From positions 4,712,001 through 4,776,000 of the forward strand of contig CM035361.1 of the NCBI GenBank assembly GCA_020137815.1: a stretch of 64,000 nucleotides of DNA. Reading direction: 5' to 3'. A program made the position numbers and the translations under genes. This document shows positions 12,978 through 27,984 of the stretch, one piece after another; position 1 is the stretch's first letter, and each line of letters opens with the position of its first letter. The DNA is from Hormiphora californensis (lineage: Eukaryota; Animalia; Ctenophora). The notes under the pieces were generated by a model. That model searched no databases and was not told where the DNA came from. It was given only the letters and a program-made list of their open reading frames with translations.

Positions 12978-14840
12978 GTTGCTATTACTATACATGCAGT
13001 ACAATATTAGTCATATTATATGATTACTCGAGGCAACACAGTGCAGTTTGTAATGCATGATTTTCTAGGGTTTTAAGAAAATTAAAGAAGTATATTTATA
13101 ACTTATTAGCTTATTTTATCAGTGCAGATCGAGTTTATAGTTGTTGGGCAACATGTTTGAAAATTGAAATCTACAAAAAGAGCTCAATCTAATGGGATAA
13201 AACGTGTTTAAAGTTCGCTGAGAGTCTGCATACAATTGTGAACACCGGTCTCGTCGACGCCACATTAATTAGTCCCATGACCGGTCACATGCATAACAAT
13301 ATCATGCAGCTATCATGTGAGATCATGGTCGACGGTGGGAATTTGGCAACAACAGCATCAGCATGAGAATTCTACTTTTGACAATTTCGAATTTCGAAAA
13401 TGCACATAATGAAAATCGGTGTTAATTCCCGGACCTGATACTTTAGGTCCTTAGGTTTCAGGATTTTCTGAATAAATAAAATAGCCGTGACCTGAACCTT
13501 CAAGATTCAGACATGAATCTTTTCCAACACGGTAGTTCAAGCGCGACTTCCCCCTAAAAACACATTAGGAATAATGGTTTTTAAGACGAATCTATAATTG
13601 CAAAGTGATTGTATTATATATTGTATGTGTATATATTGTATGTGTATGACCAGTAAGCAAGACAATATTACAATAAGTTTCTACCCACTACCCAGTGAGA
13701 TTCCAGATATAGGTTGGTGACATAGAGTCTATGTCATAGACACCGTGCGCGACCAAGATTGAGCTCACACACAGGTGTTCTGTTTTTTACATACTGATTA
13801 AACAGGAGTTCTCCCAACATAACAAAAATATCTCAGTGATGGATGGGTCGATTTTGAGCGGCAAAAACGCAAAATGTTCAGAAAGCTAATCTCTATAACT
13901 ACCTACAACAAACTTGTCTAATTCTGATTCGGTCCACTCGTCACTTTAAGTGAAGGGGGACTCTCCCAACCGGATATCTACGTAGCCCTGATCCTCCTCT
14001 TCGCTATGCTGATTTCCTGCCCCCTAAATGCCTTTGTTATTTGCTACAACTTTCTGAAACCCTCCAGTCCCGCAGTGCAGTGCTTCTCTTCAGATGTCTA
14101 TCACTGTTGGACTTCCTCTCCTGTCTCTTGATCCCACTTTATTGCATCGTCAAGGTCCTCAGTCCTCACACCAGCCCTAGAACCTCCCTGTCTGCCTAAC
14201 TTCTCAAACTGCACCAGCATTGAACACCCCCACATTGTGGACAGGGTTGTGTCGGGTGTCCTGTGGGTTTTCGCTCTGTCTACCTCATCAGTAGCTGGAA
14301 CATTAGCTATAGTACGGTACGTTCAGATCACCCGACCCTTCAGCCACATCAGCAAAAGGGCCTTGATTGCGTCCATCTGTGTTTCGAGAGCGTACGAGGC
14401 CGGAGTTTTAGGGTGGAGCTGTTTCAACGAACGAGCTAAGTTGTACTACGAGCTGCTAAGAGTTTACACGCCATACCTTACACCAACCTCAGGCATTGAG
14501 ACCATGTTTATGATAGCCTTCTGGCCTTACTTCTTCATCCACGTGGTGTCTACGGCCATTGTCACCATTCTCACTGTGATTCACCTCTACTTCAAACGAT
14601 CAATCCGTGCAGGGGCATGACAAGAGTGAATCTGAAGATCTTTCTAACCAACATAACTAGTATCATCGCTGGACTAGCTATTATTTACATTGGTGGAGAC
14701 TTCTTTGGCACTGACTAGGGTTACGAAAGTGACATCGACTATCGAGGAATTCTTTGTGACTGTTCCAATTCCGTTCATTAACTCAATAATCAATCCAATT
14801 ATTTTTCTATCACTCACACCGGATAGACATCTTGGTTTAA

Positions 14841-15720
14841 CCCTTTGAGACCGATAGGGTCACCAGTGACCCCACGCTAATTATGCATCTAGCGTCTGTC
14901 CGAACTAAATCTAAGAAGTTTAAATGGTTTTCCGGGTTAGAATAGACACTTTTTGGCTGTTTTTGGGGTCATTTTAAGCTTTGAACATCTTAGTTTACTA
15001 GAAATGCCAACTCTAAGCCATAAAAGTTGAAATTTTGGTGTAAAGTTGGCCATATCTCTAAAACGGTATAAGTAAGCCAATAATGGACCTACAAATCAAA
15101 AGAAAACCATAGGTTTTACCCCGGTATGAAGTTTCGTGATGATTTGATCAAATTTACAACGCTCAGAGGGCAAATAATGCCGGGGTCACCAGTGACCCTA
15201 TCGTCCCCTAACGCTAATATAGAAATTTGGATTTTACGTGCATTTCCAAAGGATTGGCCACCGATAAAGGTCTAAAACGGCATTTTTCAAACGGGTGCTA
15301 GCGACTAACCGACTCCATCAGTGTTATCTATACATCTTAGAGAGTCGCTGAAAAATTTTTTGAGATTCGCGCTCCTTCATAAAAATTTTCATCTCGGCCA
15401 ATTTGAAATTCTAAAATCGGCTACAGATGAGATACAGAGGTCCATAGGGTGTGTAAAATGTGCAGAATGGCCGGGTTTATATAAGTGTTATGAAGAAACA
15501 TAGGGTCTAAGATGAGCGGTTTTCGAGTTATGAGGCAAAATAGCTACGAAATCTCAATTGTTTGCATTCCATTTGAGACCGATAGGGTCACTGGTGACCC
15601 CACAGAAACAAAGTTCGTAGAGACGAGTTTTTTGGTTCTGCTTTCAAGTAGGCTTGTTAGGAGTGTCTCCAGCAATTTTCAGATATTTCTGTCGATGGCG
15701 CCACTATCGGTCCCAAAGGG
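14841..15720. mobile_element. Non-autonomous piggyBac-like element (880 bp)
   Basis: TTAA-CCCTTTGAGACCGATAG...CTATCGGTCCCAAAGGG-TTAA; internal repeated GGGTCACCAGTGACCC palindrome; no transposase. Confidence 0.88.
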
Positions 15721-15940
15721 TTAAGAATGGAGACACAGCCACGAGTGACTCGTGATCCCTCAGCTGCCAGGCCGGGGAAAGGAAACCCTATAATGGTTCC
15801 AACCCTTCATCTCCACCCAAGAAGAGATCACGGCCTCCAAGAAGGGCAAGAAGATTCAGAAAAAGAAGATCCCTCAGCTACTTCTAATCGTGCTTCTCCA
15901 CAGGATGCTGCCGACAAGAACACTGATAATCAAAATACTG

Positions 15941-16049
15941 GAGGAACCGAACGAAATAAGTAAACAACCAATCAGAACTCGTTATTTTGGTCACGTGAAT
16001 GGTTATCAGCCAATCAGGGACCAGTATTTCCTGGTTCGTTCGGTTCCTG
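15941..16049. mobile_element. 109-bp hAT-type MITE, 8-bp TSD aaatactg
   Basis: TIR (C)AGGAACCGACCGAA; family core ccaatcag...ggtcacgtgac...ccaatcag. Confidence 0.9.
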
Positions 16050-16573
16050 AAATACTGCTAATGCTGATTAAAAGACAGATAATATATTGCTGGTATAATT
16101 GCTGGTATTGCTCCTATTATAATAGTGATATTCAATTGAGTGTCTTGTAATTTTAAACATAATACGTGTTCCGCCTCCTATAATAAATAGTGTGTGTTAT
16201 CAAAATATTTACCCTTATAACTGTTATAGCACCAGTATCTGCAGATCCCAATTACACTTAAGTGTAAACCCTCCGCGTAATTTCACTTCTCAGGTTTGAC
16301 GTCATCCAATCCACGAAAGAATTTCTGCCAAACCCAAGCTCGCCACCCAGGAACCGACCGTTCACCGACAAACACATTGTATCCTTACTCGTCTCTATTT
16401 CCCTACCCCTCGTTATGTGTCCATTAGCCAATCAGGGCGACTCTCCGACGTGTCACGTGACATGTATTAAACGATACACCCCTTAGGGAGGAGAAGATTT
16501 CCGGGGTGTCGCTTTTTCAATCGTTCTCAACTCTCCCTCTATCTCTATCGCTCTCTCTCTTTCTCTCCCTCTT

Positions 16574-16614
<41 letters not shown>

Positions 16615-16709
16615 TTCAGAGATAGCCTTGCTAACCGCAGTGCTGTGTAAACCCCTGTTTAACCTATCCCCCTCTTGTTTCTCCATTGACCCTCAGTTTA
16701 TTAGCCCCT

Positions 16710-16922
16710 TCATTTATCAATTGTCATCTTCAATTGACAATCATCGTGTGTATCAATACTCCATTGATTTTGGTTATCGATTGCTGATTTAATCTTGTAT
16801 AATGACTTCAAAGAATGAACCGCCCACTCGATCCTACTGAGCTGCCGATCCATTTTTAGCCTCTCATCTTCACTAGCCTCTGCAGCTTTCAAAAACGCGT
16901 CTTTGATTTTTGAGTATGAAGT
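16710..16922 (-). CDS. Possible terminal exon of an unidentified, perhaps degraded, minus-strand gene
   Basis: Acceptor-like ctatacag then TSYSKIKDAFLKAAEASEDERLKMDRQLSRIEWAV...K*; upstream coding-like segments (17200-18100) contain stops. Confidence 0.3.
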   Translation of the reverse strand, partial: TSYSKIKDAFLKAAEASEDERLKMDRQLSRIEWAVHSLKSLYKIKSAIDNQNQWSIDTHDDCQLKMTIDK

Positions 16923-17092
16923 CTGTATAGATTGGGAGTAAAGGAAGGTAGAGGGAGCAATGATATGACAGATCAAACGAATGAAATGCAGCTAAAAATT
17001 CCATCGCCTAGGTCCCTAGATGTAGGTTATTTAAGTGTCAGGAGTCAGGGTTTTGTGAGGAAACCCGATATATAGCATTGGTGCCGTTTCTC

Positions 17093-17170
<78 letters not shown>

Positions 17171-17712
17171 TCTCTCCCTCTCTCCCTCTCTCCCTTCACA
17201 GTTATTAGGCCCTCTGCATTCCAGGCTTTTTTCACAATTCCAAAATTCGTTTTTCTCCCATATATGCAACCGGATGATGTGTCACTTGTGTCAGTGGGCA
17301 GTGCTCTTTTTTTACTTTCTTAAAGAAATTTCTTCAGCTGCCATTTAAATTTTGACAATGGATTCTGCTAATCTTTCTTCATCAGACATGTTTTGCTTCA
17401 TGCTAACTTAGCTTAGTTCTAATTATAGTTGACTTGATCAGCCCTTCTTCTTCTTATTCGTAGAGGCTGTCTCAGCTAGGGCCAACCCAGTCTGAGCGCA
17501 CGTTGTCAAAAAGGCGCAAGATAGCTTTTTCTCGGAGGTCAAATGATTAACTGCTGATATGTCTAGCCGGAACTATATCTTTGTGTCTGATATCATTAAT
17601 AGGGGATCCAATATGTATGTGTTTACTTGAGTGCTAGGTACAAAAATAGATCACACCTCTTTAAATTGTTTAGGGGCCGAATGGAATGCATATCTCAAAC
17701 GTTCTCTCCCTT

Positions 17713-17796
<84 letters not shown>

Positions 17797-20616
17797 TTCT
17801 TTGCCAAAGGATCTGCTGAAAAAGCATCTTCATTATACGTGCCCTCGCTCGATCCTTTCGTTTATATTTCATAATTTTTATCTGAGCTAATTTATGCCAT
17901 TTAGAAAAATATATTGTTTTGGTTTTCTGTTTTGCATTCAATAAGAATATATCTGCTTGGTACTTTTTGGAAGCTGTTGCAAGGCCTTTGAAATATATCC
18001 TAAATATCCTGCAAATATGTGGCCTATTTGTTGTTGGGTACGTCTGACCTGGGTACCAACCGCATCTCGACAAATACCTGCAGTAGTAGCAATCCCCTAG
18101 ATTAGAGAGATTGAGACCACATAAACGATCATACATAGTCGGACCCCGATTTACCGGGATGCGTTTATTATAAACTCCCTATAGTTTCTCCGCCCGGTAA
18201 ATCGGGGTCCGACTATAATGTCACAGTACCTATCCGTTACAGTTACGAAAATCAACATACCGACACCCTGGCGTACACCTCGAATAATAGGGCTCGCAAA
18301 ACGTCCATTTTGCATCCCCTGCAAATTAATTCTGAGCTCCTAAAAACCGCAACTTGGCAAAACTACATAATCCCTGGGTGTGTCACAGTGTCTGGTACGG
18401 AAATTATGCCGACTTGAATTTTCTCTGCCCCCCCCCCCACGATTACCCTCGACGATGGGTAGGATGATCAGACGTTTGCGGGTAGAATGAGATGGGTCGG
18501 GGCCGGACTCTCTTAGGAATCTCTCGCATAGGTATCATGTGGTTAAGAAATTCCAATCCCGATTATCCTAATTATTAATTCTCTTTCTTTCCGTTTTTAC
18601 TCATCTTTTGTCTGATCAAGTTTCGACCGCTCGCGTATGCCGATTCCTAGGCTATTATATCAGATCCTTTATTCTGCATGCGTTTCCCCTTTTGGATTGC
18701 ATGCAGAGGTGTACATTTAATTCATATGAGAACAGCTGCCCCGCGGGGAATGGGGTTGTCTGACAAAAAACTCTCCATTCCGAACCAAAGCGTGCGTGAT
18801 AGTATGACAACCAGGGACAATATATTGTTTTTCGATTGATATACCAGCTCTCAGCTCACCTTTAATAATGATCTGATCTTGAATCATATCGTGCAATCTA
18901 CTTTCAAACCTAATTTCGATGAATCGCTGCTGTACCAGCCTTTGTTATAGCACGGGCTAGTGAATTGTAATGAATCGATTCGCTTTACTTCATCTCTCCC
19001 TCTTTCTATCTCTATCTCCATTTCTATATCTCTTTTCATCTCCCTCTATATCTGCCCCCGGTCCTCACTCTGTCACTATTTCGTTACGTAACTTTAGGTG
19101 GCTGTCTGCAGCAGCCGCAGAACGATCAAATCTTTGTCTTGTCTGCGGTTTGAGCAGAGCATTAGTCACCATGGAGACTGGATAACGCTGATAACGCCAT
19201 ATATGGGCATGGAGATGCAGGAGATCATCATTTGGATCAGCGAGATGTTGTATCATCCTAGGGTCTCGTGAATGAGATCTGTTCAGGGAGGAAAATTAGA
19301 AAAATCAACTGTTAATCAACACGCCGTCTCGACAGCACGGGAGGACAGCACCTGCCCAGCTGAGACCCAATCTGTCTGACCCCACGTCTCCCACCACCGC
19401 TCCTCCCACACATGCAGCAGCTCGACAGTATGGGGGAGAGGACGGTGACAGGAGCCAATATCTGACCGTTAGAGTTTTAGAACCGTTGCGTTCCTGTCAC
19501 CGGCCGTATTCTTTGATTTGATTTGACGGTTCGAACCATAGTCATGAGCGCATATTCCAATTGGAGGGCTTTTAGGTGTCGAATTGGGTGTTTTAATCGA
19601 CTTTCAATATTCCTCAGAGATGAAGGGAGAGAGAAAAGAGAAAAATCCGAGAAGGGGAGAGAGAGAGAAGGGAGAAGAGGGAGAGCAGAAAACCCCGGAA
19701 GTCTCCGCTCTAGCTCGTCTGTTTGCTCGCGCTCTCTGCCTCTTCGCCTTAATTTTGTTTTCATCTCCCTTCTCCTCCTCTCTTCCTCTTGGTTTCTTCT
19801 GCTCTCCTCCCTTTTTTTTTGTCTACTTTTTTTTAATTTTTAATGAATTTACCACCTTTCCCATATATCCCGGTTTTTTCTCCAACAATTTAAAATGCCG
19901 GGTTTTTGGGTTGTCTTATCTTTATTTCGCTTTGTTTTGTTTTTTATAAAAATTTTTCTGACGGTTTTCTTGGGTCGTTATCTTTGAAATATTTTTTAGA
20001 TCATTTTTTAGATTTTTTTAAAATCATTTTAAGTTCCGTTGGACAGGTTTGTGACTTAAAAAAAATGTTTTAATAAAAAGTTGTTACCCATTACTAGATT
20101 TTGAAATATCTTTAAAATCTTTTTTTATTCCTCTTACTATTAATACATAACCGCAATAATATTTTTATTACCCCCATATCCCCCTTATTTAAAAAATCAT
20201 CCATAATTTTTTCCTGGTTTTCTACCCCTCTCATCTTTAAATTTATCCTGAATTTCTTGACAGGATCCCCTTGTTTTATAATGGGACCTTTTCTTCCGAG
20301 CCCTAATCCCGGTCGTTTTTTTGAAAATAAGGAAAAGAAAAAAAGGGGGTCAAAATGAATGGGAAGAATGAAAAGGAAGGAATTAAAGGAAAGGTAAAGG
20401 GGATAAAATTTTGGTTTTTGTTCCTTCCCGATCCGGGAACAAGAAAGGTAGAAAATATAGATTTTGCTTTTTGGCTTACTGAAAAGGCAAGCTGTGGGGG
20501 AAAATAGGGCAAAATATAGAGGTAATGAAAATTTAACTTATAATTTATTTCACTTTGGAAATTATTAAATTTTTGACCCGCAGTCTATTTGTAATTTTTA
20601 AAAGGGGCTTTTTCGG

Positions 20617-20716
20617 NNNNNNNNNNNNNNNNNNNNNNNNNNNNNNNNNNNNNNNNNNNNNNNNNNNNNNNNNNNNNNNNNNNNNNNNNNNNNNNNNNNN
20701 NNNNNNNNNNNNNNNN
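20617..20716. other. Assembly gap (100 N)
   Basis: N run with degenerate low-quality flanks. Confidence 1.
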
Positions 20717-20731
20717 GAGAGGGCAGAGGAG

Positions 20732-20806
<75 letters not shown>

Positions 20807-21099
20807 AAGAGAGAAAATGAAAAGTAACGGTAGCATTCCATTTCCACTAGTTTGCCCGATCTATTTTTGAGGGGAACGAGTCTTGTAGTTGTACAAGTTG
20901 TCTATGAAAATGTCCAAGTTCATTGGGGGTTCGGTGAGATCTTTATTCTTTATTTTTCTTATTCGTTAGATTTTATACTATCTATACTCTCTTTTATACT
21001 AATTCTTTGTAATTATCTCTCTTTATACTCTATTGACTTATAGGTCTCTCTTATGTATCTCTCTCTCTCTCTCATCTCTTCTCTCTATCTCCTCTCTCA

Positions 21100-21134
<35 letters not shown>

Positions 21135-22964
21135 CATACTCTCTCTTATATCTCTCTCTCTCTCTTCCTCTCTACTCTCTTCTCTCTCATTCTATCTCCT
21201 ACTCTCTCTCACTCTCTCTATCTCTCTCTATCTCCATACTCTTCTGGCTCCCTCTCTTTCTATCCCCATCTCTCTCTCTTCTTCCATTTCAGCCTCTCTC
21301 TATCTTCTCCACATTTTTCCTCTTTTCGATTTTTCTCCTCTTACTAACGCATTCGAGTCTCCTAAATCCTCAGATGATTACGACCTAGTCTACTTTTCCA
21401 TTTTCTACTTGTCTCTTTCAGACCGTTTCCTAGAAATTATGAAATTTGAAACTAAATCTAGAAAACATATAAAAAATTCGTAAAGGCGAGACATTCTTAC
21501 CCACTTGTGTTGGACTCTTTTGTGACGTGTAAACTTATACCAACATTCCTGACATTTAAACATACTGCATAATCATGGGTGGGAATATATGATGACATGG
21601 CATGATGTAATGTGTACTTTATGGAATCTTGGAGTCATCATAGTCCTGTTATACGCCCTTTTAGAAAACCTTATTCAGATGAGTGCAGAAGTATAGCTAT
21701 AAATGAGGGCATCATGGCCGACTGTGACTTGTTTTTGAAGTTAGGATTTCGTTGGCATTATTCGTTTTTTATGAGAAAGTTAAAAACTGCTCTCTTTTTT
21801 CTGCCTTCGTACCTACAGCAATGCCCTTCATTTTGATGTATGATTGTTAATACATACTAAATAAAATAAATAATAACACTATAGTTGTGTTTTATTATTG
21901 CTCTTGGTTTTCCCAATCGATGTACCTGCCCCCGATGTCAAAGACGCCGAAGCATCCACATCCACCCATTTATTTATAGTAAGAATTCGTTCGAAGAGCG
22001 AGAAATGACTGAATACTGCACGTGTATCTGTGACGTAATATGATCACTCCGCTATTGATTGATAGTTATTTTTCCTCCCCCTTAAGGGTGGGGCCCGCTG
22101 CTATGTAGGTGCTTTGTCATGATACCATATGTTTTCTACTGGGCGGGGCCCAGCTTTGTCATACTGCATGCGCAATAGGGTGGGGTTTACACGTCATGAG
22201 CAGTCCGACTGATCAACTACTATATAGGATCATCAGTGAATAGTTTGTTGCACAACCTGACCTTCCAATAAAATCTGTCCATATTTCGAAAAGTGATCAT
22301 TATATTTGAATGAAGCCATGTTAGTTTTGTTTCCGTAATCCCCACGAGACAGTATTGCTGTATTTTGTTTGTGGAGATTATATGTAGTCCGGTCTTTGCT
22401 TTTGTGGATCGGTTTCTGAGCTTGTGCAGTGAGTCTTATTACATTCCTCATTCTGACGCCCGAACTGTATGTATGCATGCCCTCTCTAGCCCTCTCTCTC
22501 TCCCTCTCCCTCTCTCCCTCACTCTCTCCCTCTCTTCCTGGCCCATTGTTATAGTGTCAAAAGTGGTCCTCATTTGCAGATTCATTGCTTGTTCATATGT
22601 GGTCTGGGATCGTTATGAATGAGGGGGGAGAGAGAGAGATATATATATAAGAGAGAGATATGAGAGAGAGACAGAGAGAGAGACAGACAGACAGAGAGAT
22701 GGCTCATGACAATAGCAAATATATTTTTGGCAATATGGTGGGATGCCCGATTCATACAAATCAATTTTTGCCTAGCTTTTCTTCCCCATCTATTTTCCTT
22801 CCATAATTCTTTAGAATTTTATTTTGATTTTAACTTTTTTTTATCGGAGGAATGCATCTCGCATTCCCCCGGTGCTTCATGTGTCTCCACACTTTCGCTA
22901 ATTTGTCTACCAACGCATAGACACTATTCCTTGTATCTATTGATCCTTAGCCTTTCTCTCTTTA

Positions 22965-23052
<88 letters not shown>

Positions 23053-25451
23053 CCTCTCCACCTACTATTTTGATATAAAGGGAAAACGTCCTGGTACACA
23101 ACGGATCAAAACGATAATGATAGAGATCAATTCTGTCTCTGCTTCTTATGATATAGCTCCTATCTGTGATCCCCTCTAGTATCTAGCTGGCATATTGCTA
23201 GTACTTCGTCTGTTTGTCTCTCTCTCCGTGTCAATTATAGTTGCTATATTGTATAGATCTGGTTGTTTATTCCCCCTGATCTCTATTGATGATCTTTATG
23301 AGTCTATTAGTCAATCAAAGTATTAAGTAGCCTCCCTTTTCATTCGTAATTTCTATAATCTCACATTCCTATTTTCTATTGCCTTTCTCGACCCTGTTTC
23401 ACCGCGGCCCCTCTTTCTATTGTAGTCGTGCGACTGCCCAATTAAGGTTCGACTGGCTGTCCTCCTCCTCCTCCTCCATCTCCCCTCTTGAGATCGAGTG
23501 TCCAATGAACACTACCCCTCCCCCTCCCACCTAACCCCCCCTCCAAACCCATTGTCCCTTGTAAGGCTTGAGAATCGTGATCTCGGGCCTACATAATATA
23601 TATTAGGGCCGGGTATCGGGTCCAAAAGCTGTAGGAATTCATTAGTAGAAGGAAATGCGACAATGAAGATGAATGCAGGTGCGAATTTGTGAAGTTTAAC
23701 TTTTTTTCTTCCCTTCAAAGTTTCTAGCCGCACCACGGGTGAATACTGGTCCCTGATTGGCTGATAACCAGTCACGTGACCTAAATAACGAGTTCTGATT
23801 GGTTGTTTACTTGTCTTGTATCGGGTGTCTAGCCTTTTACCCCACCCCCATTTTGATCCTTTCATAACTGTTCCCTGAGTTAAATCGAGAGAGATTAGCG
23901 GGTAACATGGCGCCATATGGCGAGAAAATTGTCTAGTTTTTATTAAAAACTACCATGTCTCGTTGTCTAATTTTACCTAGTTTATATTAAAAACTAGACC
24001 ATATTAAGGAATGTTTCCCGCCATATTTTACGCGATTGATGCCCATGAAAATCGAAATATATTTGAGCTGTATCATCATGGGAATAACTAAATTTGCCAA
24101 TTTTGCTAAATATGCCAAATTGTAAGATCTCTAGTCTGCCTGGTAGCATGGGCCATGGTTTGCAAATCTGCAGGTATAATGTGACAAATTGTAATTACCA
24201 TGCTTTACAATGTCTCTTTGTCTAATTTTACCTATCACAAACATTCCCAATCCTTGCGGAGCACGGAAACAGTGTCAAGCGACTCAAAATAATCCCATGA
24301 ATCCCAGCTTTACAAAGATGAAATGAGTGAAGGATAAGATTAGTGCAGGAAAATTGATAGTTGGCGTGGTACCCTTGTTGGGGCAACCCACCCAACTACC
24401 ACATTCCTTTAAAAAGCTACGTGCAGTGAGAGATGAAAAAGCAACCCTGAACAATGAATGTACTGAGTACTGTCCTCTGCAGCTGAGGTCAGATTTCTCA
24501 GAAACTGCAGATAATGAAAATATGGAATTCCTTGGGTCTCTCTCAAATATCAGGGGGCTGATGCACCTGGGCGTGATCAGAGCTATATGTGTGTGTGTGT
24601 TTGTTGGGATATTTATGGGGAGATAGCTGGAGTAGTGACGAATGACTAAAGAATAAATTTTGTCTCTCATATGACTTCAGACTTTTCTCTCTTTTCTTCC
24701 CGCTCGATTTCTCTATCCCTCCCTATCCTTCTCTCTCACATCCCTCTATTCATTCTCCCTGATCTAACCTTTCTTTGGCGTTGCCGACATTTCGAATTGT
24801 TGTAGTACCTGTATAATACCTCTCTTCTTACGCCACCTCGGCAGCGCCATATTGTCTCCGTGCAGATCAGGCTCTCATTTTCCTAACCACTGATCTTTGG
24901 TCCAATCATGCAATAAAATGAAACTTCAATCATTTATTTGGGGAGTGCCCTGATTTGCTTTCTTCTATATAGATCACTTGTCAGAATTTGTGAACTGTTT
25001 TATTATTCCCACCTCAATTTGCTCTTTCTCCCTCCATCTCTCTCTGACGGCTATTTATCTGCCACCGGTCTGCTTCAAATATCATATGCTTAGCATAATA
25101 TCTCTATCCAGATTTTATCCCCCTCCCCCCATTTTGTCCTCTCCGCTCACTCGAACTATATGTCTGTTATTCGCAAAAAGACAACAAAAAGATTATGATC
25201 AGGAATGTATAATGGGAACTTTTATTAAAATTCCAAATCCTGTACGAGAGAGGCTAGCTGAACTGTGTTCCCTAGCCAATCTGTCAGATATATGATATAT
25301 CTGATGATGGCCAAAATGCGACAGATTTGCAAGGATCAGAGTCCGGATAGACTAAGTCTAGAATTTCTCAGATCTTTAGAGTTCCATTCTTGCGTCCTTA
25401 CTTGGAATATTCATCTATTATCTTATCTCTCTGTCTCTCTCTCTCTCTCTG

Positions 25452-25581
<130 letters not shown>

Positions 25582-26527
25582 CCACACGTGCCAGGGTATC
25601 GATCAATTACACGAGTCCGGTAGACCCTCTCGTGCAGGTTGGAAGCTTCTAAAAACGTGGTTATTCGATGAATGTCCCGTTAAAATTGTCATGATGAGAC
25701 ATGGATCGCAAATCTGTGGTTAGATCAATGACGTATTAATTTAACTAAAAGGGGAAGTTATATAGTCGGCGGAGGATCTGAATATCTTAGCATCTGAATA
25801 TTTGAGTTCTTGGAACTGCAGATGGAAAAAATAGAACAATGAATATGGTCCGATCTCCATGCATGCTGAGTCCTTATCTCTATCTGTTTAACAGATATCT
25901 GTATAATGATAAGAATGTCGTTTAGAACAAGCTTCATTTTTAGATCCTTCTCAATCCTTACTTCTGTAGTGAACTAGTAATTACTAATTAGTGAGTAATT
26001 ATTACCTAGACAATTTGCCTGAAATATCTATATGGAAACTTCTAATTTGATACCATATCCACTCATAAACTCGCATTAATTTCTAATTTATAGTGCGCCT
26101 TTGTCCCTTTTTATTTTATTTTTATTTCTGAGGTCAGAGTGAAATTATATAAGACCCCCTCGTCCCCTTCCCCTCGTCCCCTTCCCTTCTATATCTCACA
26201 GTAATGTCTTCTAACTTATAAATTAGAAAACTTTGCCGTGAGATATAGTCTCAAGGAATTTCTTCCAAAGAAACGCTTCACCCAGCCATGAACTCTCAAT
26301 TCTACTCGTCCCCCTCTCTATCTCTCTCTCTCTCTCTCTTTCTCACTCTCTCTCTCTTCCCCTCTTTCTCTCTCTCCGGGCACCCATATCTCTCTCTATT
26401 GTAGGCACCTCAGTATATAGCTATTATAATAGCTCGACGCGGTATGTAATTCCCGTCCTAGATCACGGTATCACGTGCAGTTGACCCGAACTATTGATCT
26501 TCTCGTTCTATGTCGGTTTGCTAGTCG

Positions 26528-26636
26528 CAGGAACCGACCGAATCAGGAAATACTGGTCCCTGATTGGCTGATAACCAGTCACGTGACCTAAATAACGAGT
26601 TCTGATTGGTTGTTTACTTGTTTCGGTCGGTTCCTG
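26528..26636. mobile_element. 109-bp hAT-type MITE, TSD gctagtcg
   Basis: Perfect 8-bp TSD, CAGGAACCGACCGAA TIRs. Confidence 0.93.
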
Positions 26637-27168
26637 GCTAGTCGACTTATTATTATAGTCGTGGTATTATATATCTGATCCTTTCACAAATTTCCACATC
26701 CAGCTTTGACAGACACGCTTTTCCCCAAGCTGTCTTTATCTTACTGCCTATCTTTCTCTCTTCTCTATCGCTCTCTACTCTTTCTTCGCTCTCGCGCTGC
26801 TCGCTCTCTCTCTCTTATCGTCGATCTCTCTAGAGCTCTCTCTCGCTCTCTCCTATGCGCTGTAGTTCGCCCTCCCCCACAAAGGGCAATATTTTCCGAC
26901 CGTGACACGCAATTTCTCCACCTCTACCGACCCATATCGCTCAGATATCAAATAGTTGACAGGGATCTGGGTGCGGAACGGGCCCGTACGGGGTCGCACC
27001 AAACATGGCAATATACGGAGGGAATTTCTAAATTTAGAACGTGACGTCACTCCTACCCAGGATCAGATATGTTTAATTCGGATCCGATGCTGAGTGCTGC
27101 AGCAGCTTGAATAGATCACGCAGGAGCTTGGAATGTACTGACTATGAGAGGAGAGATAGAGAGTGAGG

Positions 27169-27264
<96 letters not shown>

Positions 27265-27984
27265 ATAGATCAGCTAACATGATGTGACAAATGACTGAAC
27301 TCTCTTTTTCCCTTCACATTTATCTGCCTTTAGATCGCTGATCTGTTTGCTGCTGCAGTCGGTTGAAATATATCGACATAGCTGGATTATATCGAACCGT
27401 ATCGAGCTTTTGGTAATGAAATTATCCTTCCGCGCAAGCTCACGGATATGCAATAATAGGGATGACTTCGTAACCAAGTCCGAGCTCGAGGACTATATCG
27501 AATATATCTCGAGCTATATATGTCGAACCGTGCCGAACTTCCTGTCTCTTGATAATGATATCTACTTTACTTTTTCATTGAATTAAATAAGCATGATAAT
27601 TAGATGATGATTATTGTTAAACAATAAACCCGCATTCATATGTGGGAGGTCTGTAAATCATAACTGAGCTAATTTGAGCCGTGAAGTTGTCGTCTAGGTA
27701 TGTGGAAACCGGAGAATTACGATTCGTCACCGTCATAGTTCTCTCTCTCTCTCTTTCTCTCCCCCTCCACCTTTTTCCCTGTAGACGACTTTGCTGCCGG
27801 ATCTTGTTAACTCCCCCTGGCGGTATATCATGTCAGTCTTCATTCCTTTTCTGTAAACCTTCTAATTAGGAACCGATATCTCATTCCCTCTCACTCTCAC
27901 TCTCTCTCTCTCTCTCTCCTCTCTCTCTTCTCTCTCTTACTCTCTATCTCTCTCTCTCTCGCTCTCTCTCTCTTCCTCTCTCTC

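Larger units (their letters stand above)
13839..16071 (+). pseudogene. Intronless class A (rhodopsin-like) GPCR pseudogene
   Basis: TM1 DIYVALILLFAMLISCPLNAFV, TM2 LDFLSCLLIP, TM3 end LAIVRYVQITRPF, TM7 NSIINPIIF. Several frameshifts/stops; C-tail interrupted by elements at 14841-15720 and 15941-16049. Confidence 0.82.

Noticed and set aside
12069-13004. 311-aa ORF as a single-exon protein
   Set aside because: It reads through a 198-nt GT-AG intron containing a microsatellite; the likely start is ATG 12977.
24327-24670. Exon-like segment with faint resemblance (QYIHCSG) to a DEPDC5-type motif on the minus strand
   Set aside because: Too short, frame has stops, no supporting exons.
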